Shown one piece after another: positions 60,178 to 64,000 of a stretch of DNA of 64,000 nucleotides. Source of the DNA: Chloroherpetonaceae bacterium (GTDB lineage: Bacteria > Bacteroidota > Chlorobiia > Chlorobiales > Thermochlorobacteraceae); NCBI GenBank assembly GCA_033763895.1, contig JANRJQ010000003.1:29791-93790 (forward strand), written 5' to 3'. The position numbers were made by a program, and so were the translations under genes. The notes beneath the pieces are model-generated. The model had not been told where the DNA came from. It saw nothing but the letters and a program-made list of their open reading frames with translations, and did no database searches. The stretch's first letter is position 1. Every line of letters starts with the position of its first letter.

Positions 60178-60214
60178 AAATGACGGTGAGTCAGTTACTG
60201 ACTTTCGGTCATTT
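60178..60214. promoter_or_regulatory. Putative TetR operator (two TGAC-N5-GTCA palindromes)
   Basis: TGACggtgaGTCA at 60181-60193 and TGACtttcgGTCA at 60199-60211, together forming an 18-bp imperfect inverted repeat upstream of tetR. Confidence 0.7.
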
Positions 60215-60636
60215 TACTATTTTGTATAACGAAAGTTTCAATCGAAAAAGTTTTTGATATTGGCGATCTTTTGACTCTTGGAGCTTAATGAAGTGAGAAT
60301 TAAAGGAAATCGCGATATATTCTTTATCTTCTCAAGTCAGAAAATGATTCGAATGAAGGGAGAATGATTCTTCGGCTATAGGATAATTAAATATCTAGTA
60401 AATTTTTCAGTTGAAGTTGGAATGGTGAAAGATCCTAAGCTTAAAATGAGTGAAAAATCTTTGCCAATAGCGGGATCAAGACTTTGTTAGATTTTCACAA
60501 ACTGGGGTTTCGTTCATGAAATGATGAGGCTGAAGGAATGTTCAAAAAAATTAAAGTGTAAAATTGAATAAAAAGTCAAAAAATTTTGGGCAATGCCAAA
60601 AAGTTTTTTATTCTAAGTGAAGTCAAACGAATAGCG

Positions 60637-62409
60637 ATGCCTGATTCACCTGAAAAAAAAGGATTCGATTTATCTGAAGAGATTACTTTGGTTGGAATTT
60701 CAGCTTCCAAAGGTATCGGAATTGGGCCACTCTATATTTACAATCGGGATAAATTCCAAGCCATTGATGTTGTTATTGAATCAAATGAGTGTGATTCTGA
60801 ATTAGAAAGATTTGATTTGGCTATTAGCCGCTCAGCCGGAGAGTTGCAAAAAATTGCGGGGATCACTGAACAAAAGATCGGCACCTTGCATGCAGAGATT
60901 TTTACTTCCCAGATTCAGATGCTTCACGACCCCGAGTTCCACAAATATGTCCATTCAAAAGTCAAGCGAGAAAAGCGTTCAGTAGAAGGCGTTGTTAGTG
61001 AATTTATCAGTGACATTCAAAATAAACTCCTGCAATCGGATGAATTACTATTTCGCGAGCGAGTGGATGACTTTCAAGATTTAAAAGATCGGATTTTACG
61101 CAATCTGAGTGAAGGACAATTGATTTCGCGAATACCTGAAAATGTTGTTGTGTTTTCACATTCGCTCACTCCGGCCGATTTGATTCTTTTTAGCAGACAA
61201 AATTTTATTGGGTGTGCTGTTGATACCGGAGGTCAAACCTCTCATGCAGCATTAATATGCCAATCGCTCGCATTGCCAATGGTAGCCGGTCTTGTCAATG
61301 TAGCTGAAAAACTTCGTGAGAACGAGAAGAACCTCACGGCAATTATTGATGGAAACAGCGGCAAGTTTATCATTAATCCCAATAGCGAAACGCTTGCTCT
61401 TTATTTACGAAAGCAAAAAAGATTAGCAGCGAGTGCTTTAAGCTTAGTTGAATTGACAGAGCAAGAGGCACGAACAAAATGTGGAAAAAGGATTCAAGTT
61501 TTATCGAATATAGATTTTAAGGAGGAACTTCAACACATTGAGCGATACGGCGCTGATGGAGTTGGGCTTTACCGAAGCGAAAGCATGTTTATTGCAAAAG
61601 GAAAACCCCCTGCTGAAGAAGAACAGTTTGAGTATTACTCAGAACTCGCCGATGTTTTGAACCCAAAGCTACTTACACTTCGTCTGTTCGATGTTGGGGG
61701 TGATAAACTGATTTATTCATCGTATCGGGAAGAAAATCCAAACCTTGGGTGGCGAGGTGTTCGAGTATTGCTGGACGTACCTGAAATTTTGGAACAACAA
61801 TTGAGGGCACTCTTGAGGGCAAATAAACACGGGAATATTCAGATTTTAGTGCCAATGGTTTCATCACTTGATGAAATTAGAAATGTGAAAAAGATACTCT
61901 CGAAAATAAAAGGAGAGTTAAGAAAGTTAAAGCAACTGCATGTTGAAGAAGTCAAAATTGGGGTTATGATTGAAATTCCAGCGGCGGTTGAAATTATCGA
62001 GGAAATTGTAAAAGAGGTAGATTTTATCAGTATTGGAACAAATGATTTAATTCAATATACACTTGCTGTTGACCGAGGAAATGAAATCGTTCATAATCTT
62101 TATAACAAATTTCATCCGGCGCTGATTCGCAAGCTTTCGAGAATTATTCGTGCAGCCTATAAACATAAGTGCCGTGTGAGCTTGTGCGGTGAAATGGCTT
62201 CCGATTCTTACGCTACGCCACTGCTGTTAGGGCTTGGATTAAGAGATTTTAGCGTTGTCAATTCCGCGATACCGGACTTGAAAAAAACAATTTCACAGGT
62301 TCGATTAAGTCAGGCGAAGGAACTGGCAAAGAAATGCTTGACGCTTGGAACTGTGTATGAAATCGAGCATTTAATTAAGCACTTTAAGCCGCTTCATGTT
62401 GGTGCATAG
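60637..62409 (+). CDS. ptsI: Phosphoenolpyruvate-protein phosphotransferase (PTS enzyme I)
   Basis: GGQTSHAAL phospho-His, GVGLYRSE, EENPNLGWRG, SIGTNDLIQY, CGEMA; ATG at 60637. Confidence 0.93.
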   Translation: MPDSPEKKGFDLSEEITLVGISASKGIGIGPLYIYNRDKFQAIDVVIESNECDSELERFDLAISRSAGELQKIAGITEQKIGTLHAEIFTSQIQMLHDPEFHKYVHSKVKREKRSVEGVVSEFISDIQNKLLQSDELLFRERVDDFQDLKDRILRNLSEGQLISRIPENVVVFSHSLTPADLILFSRQNFIGCAVDTGGQTSHAALICQSLALPMVAGLVNVAEKLRENEKNLTAIIDGNSGKFIINPNSETLALYLRKQKRLAASALSLVELTEQEARTKCGKRIQVLSNIDFKEELQHIERYGADGVGLYRSESMFIAKGKPPAEEEQFEYYSELADVLNPKLLTLRLFDVGGDKLIYSSYREENPNLGWRGVRVLLDVPEILEQQLRALLRANKHGNIQILVPMVSSLDEIRNVKKILSKIKGELRKLKQLHVEEVKIGVMIEIPAAVEIIEEIVKEVDFISIGTNDLIQYTLAVDRGNEIVHNLYNKFHPALIRKLSRIIRAAYKHKCRVSLCGEMASDSYATPLLLGLGLRDFSVVNSAIPDLKKTISQVRLSQAKELAKKCLTLGTVYEIEHLIKHFKPLHVGA

Positions 62410-62421
62410 CGGTTAAAAGAA

Positions 62422-62444
62422 AAGGGAAGCGATTGGCTTCCCTT
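62422..62444. terminator. Intrinsic terminator between convergent ptsI and proS
   Basis: aagggaagc-gattg-gcttccctt with a T tract on the minus strand. Confidence 0.75.
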
Positions 62445-62494
62445 ATTCATTTCTACTTGACTCGAATCTCCTATTGATAAATGCAAAACGAAAA

Positions 62495-63943
62495 TTAGTA
62501 AGCCTTTGCGAAGATTACTTTTTCTTTCGCAGGCTTTTGTGAATAAACACAATGACCACTGGTTTGAGTCCCGAATTTCTCGATAAATGCAACATCGGTT
62601 GGTCTGCAGCGAATCGTAGCTTTTAATTCTTCTTTAATTTTTGCTTCGGTTTCTCGCGTTCCGTCCCAATAAGCAATTGCAAAACCGGTTTCTACTTGCG
62701 CTTTCAGCTCTTCAAAAGTCGATACTTCTTTCATCTTTTCATCGCGGAACTTTTCTGCGCGAGTGAAAAGGGAAGATTGAATGGTTTCGAGGAGTGTCTT
62801 TATTTCTGAACCGAAAAAATCTGATAGCGGCATTGGCATTTTTTCAGAAGTATCTCTTCTTGCAATAACACATTGATTTTTTTCAACATCTTTTGGACCG
62901 AGTTCAATTCTTATTGGAATGCCTTGAAGTTCATACTCTGCAAATTTCCATCCCGGGGTTTGTTGATCATTGTCATCAAGAAAAACACGAATTCCCTCTG
63001 CAAGCAGTTGTTTTTTTAGTTCTAAAGCTTTTTCAAGAACCATTGATTTTTGATCGCCTTTGATGATTGGAACAATTACAACTTCACGGGCTGCTAGTTT
63101 TGGCGGTAGCACCAGCCCTTTATCATCGCTGTGAGCCATAATCAACGCCCCGATTAGTCGAGTTGAAACCCCCCAACTTGTTGCATAAACATATTCCAAA
63201 ACACCCTCTTTTGATTGGAACTTGCAATCAAAGGCCTTCGCAAAGTTTTGACCCAAGTAATGCGACGTTCCGGATTGAAGTGCTTTACCATCTTGCATCA
63301 TCGCTTCAATACAGTAGGTATCTACAGCTCCGGCAAATTTTTCTGAATCTGTTTTTTTTCCAACAATCACCGGCAACGCCATATAAGATTCAACAAAATG
63401 GCGATAAACGTTAATCATCTTAAGAACCTCTTCTACCGCTTCATTTTCAGTTGCATGAGCCGTATGCCCTTCTTGCCAAAGAAATTCAGTGGTTCTTAAG
63501 AAAAGGCGAGTTCTCATTTCCCAACGAACCACATTCGCCCATTGGTTAATTAGTATGGGTAAATCGCGGTAAGATTGAACCCATTTTGCATAGGTTGACC
63601 AAATGATCGTTTCAGAGGTTGGACGCACATAAAGTTTTTCCTGCAATTCTTCTCCGCCACCGTGAGTTACGACGGCGCACTCGGGTGCGAAGCCTTCAAT
63701 ATGATCGGCTTCCTTTTTCATATAGCTTTCGGGAATAAACAATGGGAAGTAAGCATTTACATGTCCGGTTTCTTTGAACATCATATCCAAGGCGTATTGC
63801 ATTTTTTCCCAGATGGCATAGCCATTAGGGCGAATAACCATACAGCCGCGAACATCAGAATAATCTGCTAACTTTGCCGAACGAACGACATCAATGTACC
63901 ACTGCGCATAGTCAGCCGCGCGTGATGTAATTTTTTCTGCCAC
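62495..63943 (-). CDS. proS: Proline--tRNA ligase (archaeal/eukaryotic-like type)
   Basis: [37 protein letters not shown]-terminal FAKAY; GTG start. Confidence 0.98.
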   Translation of the reverse strand: MAEKITSRAADYAQWYIDVVRSAKLADYSDVRGCMVIRPNGYAIWEKMQYALDMMFKETGHVNAYFPLFIPESYMKKEADHIEGFAPECAVVTHGGGEELQEKLYVRPTSETIIWSTYAKWVQSYRDLPILINQWANVVRWEMRTRLFLRTTEFLWQEGHTAHATENEAVEEVLKMINVYRHFVESYMALPVIVGKKTDSEKFAGAVDTYCIEAMMQDGKALQSGTSHYLGQNFAKAFDCKFQSKEGVLEYVYATSWGVSTRLIGALIMAHSDDKGLVLPPKLAAREVVIVPIIKGDQKSMVLEKALELKKQLLAEGIRVFLDDNDQQTPGWKFAEYELQGIPIRIELGPKDVEKNQCVIARRDTSEKMPMPLSDFFGSEIKTLLETIQSSLFTRAEKFRDEKMKEVSTFEELKAQVETGFAIAYWDGTRETEAKIKEELKATIRCRPTDVAFIEKFGTQTSGHCVYSQKPAKEKVIFAKAY

Positions 63944-64000
63944 AGAAATAGGTTGTTTTTTTTGAAAAAAATTGTTTATCTCAATCTTAAAACCAATAGC

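Overview
An AT-rich bacterial chromosomal window, densely coding, with no mobile elements, CRISPR arrays or rRNA. Housekeeping proteins (ProS of the archaeal/eukaryotic type, long SecA with insertions, GuaB, HemB, HisS) look like those of the FCB superphylum, and my recollection-based impression is a Chlorobi/Ignavibacteria-like organism. An O2-dependent phenylalanine hydroxylase suggests an aerobic lifestyle. Most of the window is core metabolism: nuoK/nuoL, ctpA, pabA/trpG, secA, hemB, lgt, hisS, phhA, yajC, carA, mnmA, two tRNA-Leu, purQ, glmM, cyaY, proline dehydrogenase, ggt, ptrB, guaB, a TetR-RND efflux unit, ptsI and proS. The most notable region is an ~11 kb six-gene envelope locus right after secA (15710-26739). 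It encodes a 1891-aa PorU/gingipain-like C25 cysteine peptidase with a T9SS-type C-terminal domain, a PorV-like barrel, an FN3-like lipoprotein, a stand-alone SLBB protein and two paralogous predicted beta-barrels ending in coiled coils, one with a 5 x 13-aa Pro-rich tail. The locus is closed by a perfect 16-bp hairpin. It may be an uncharacterised T9SS-related surface-attachment or glycan-coupling module. All calls come from motif recognition by eye; no searches were run.
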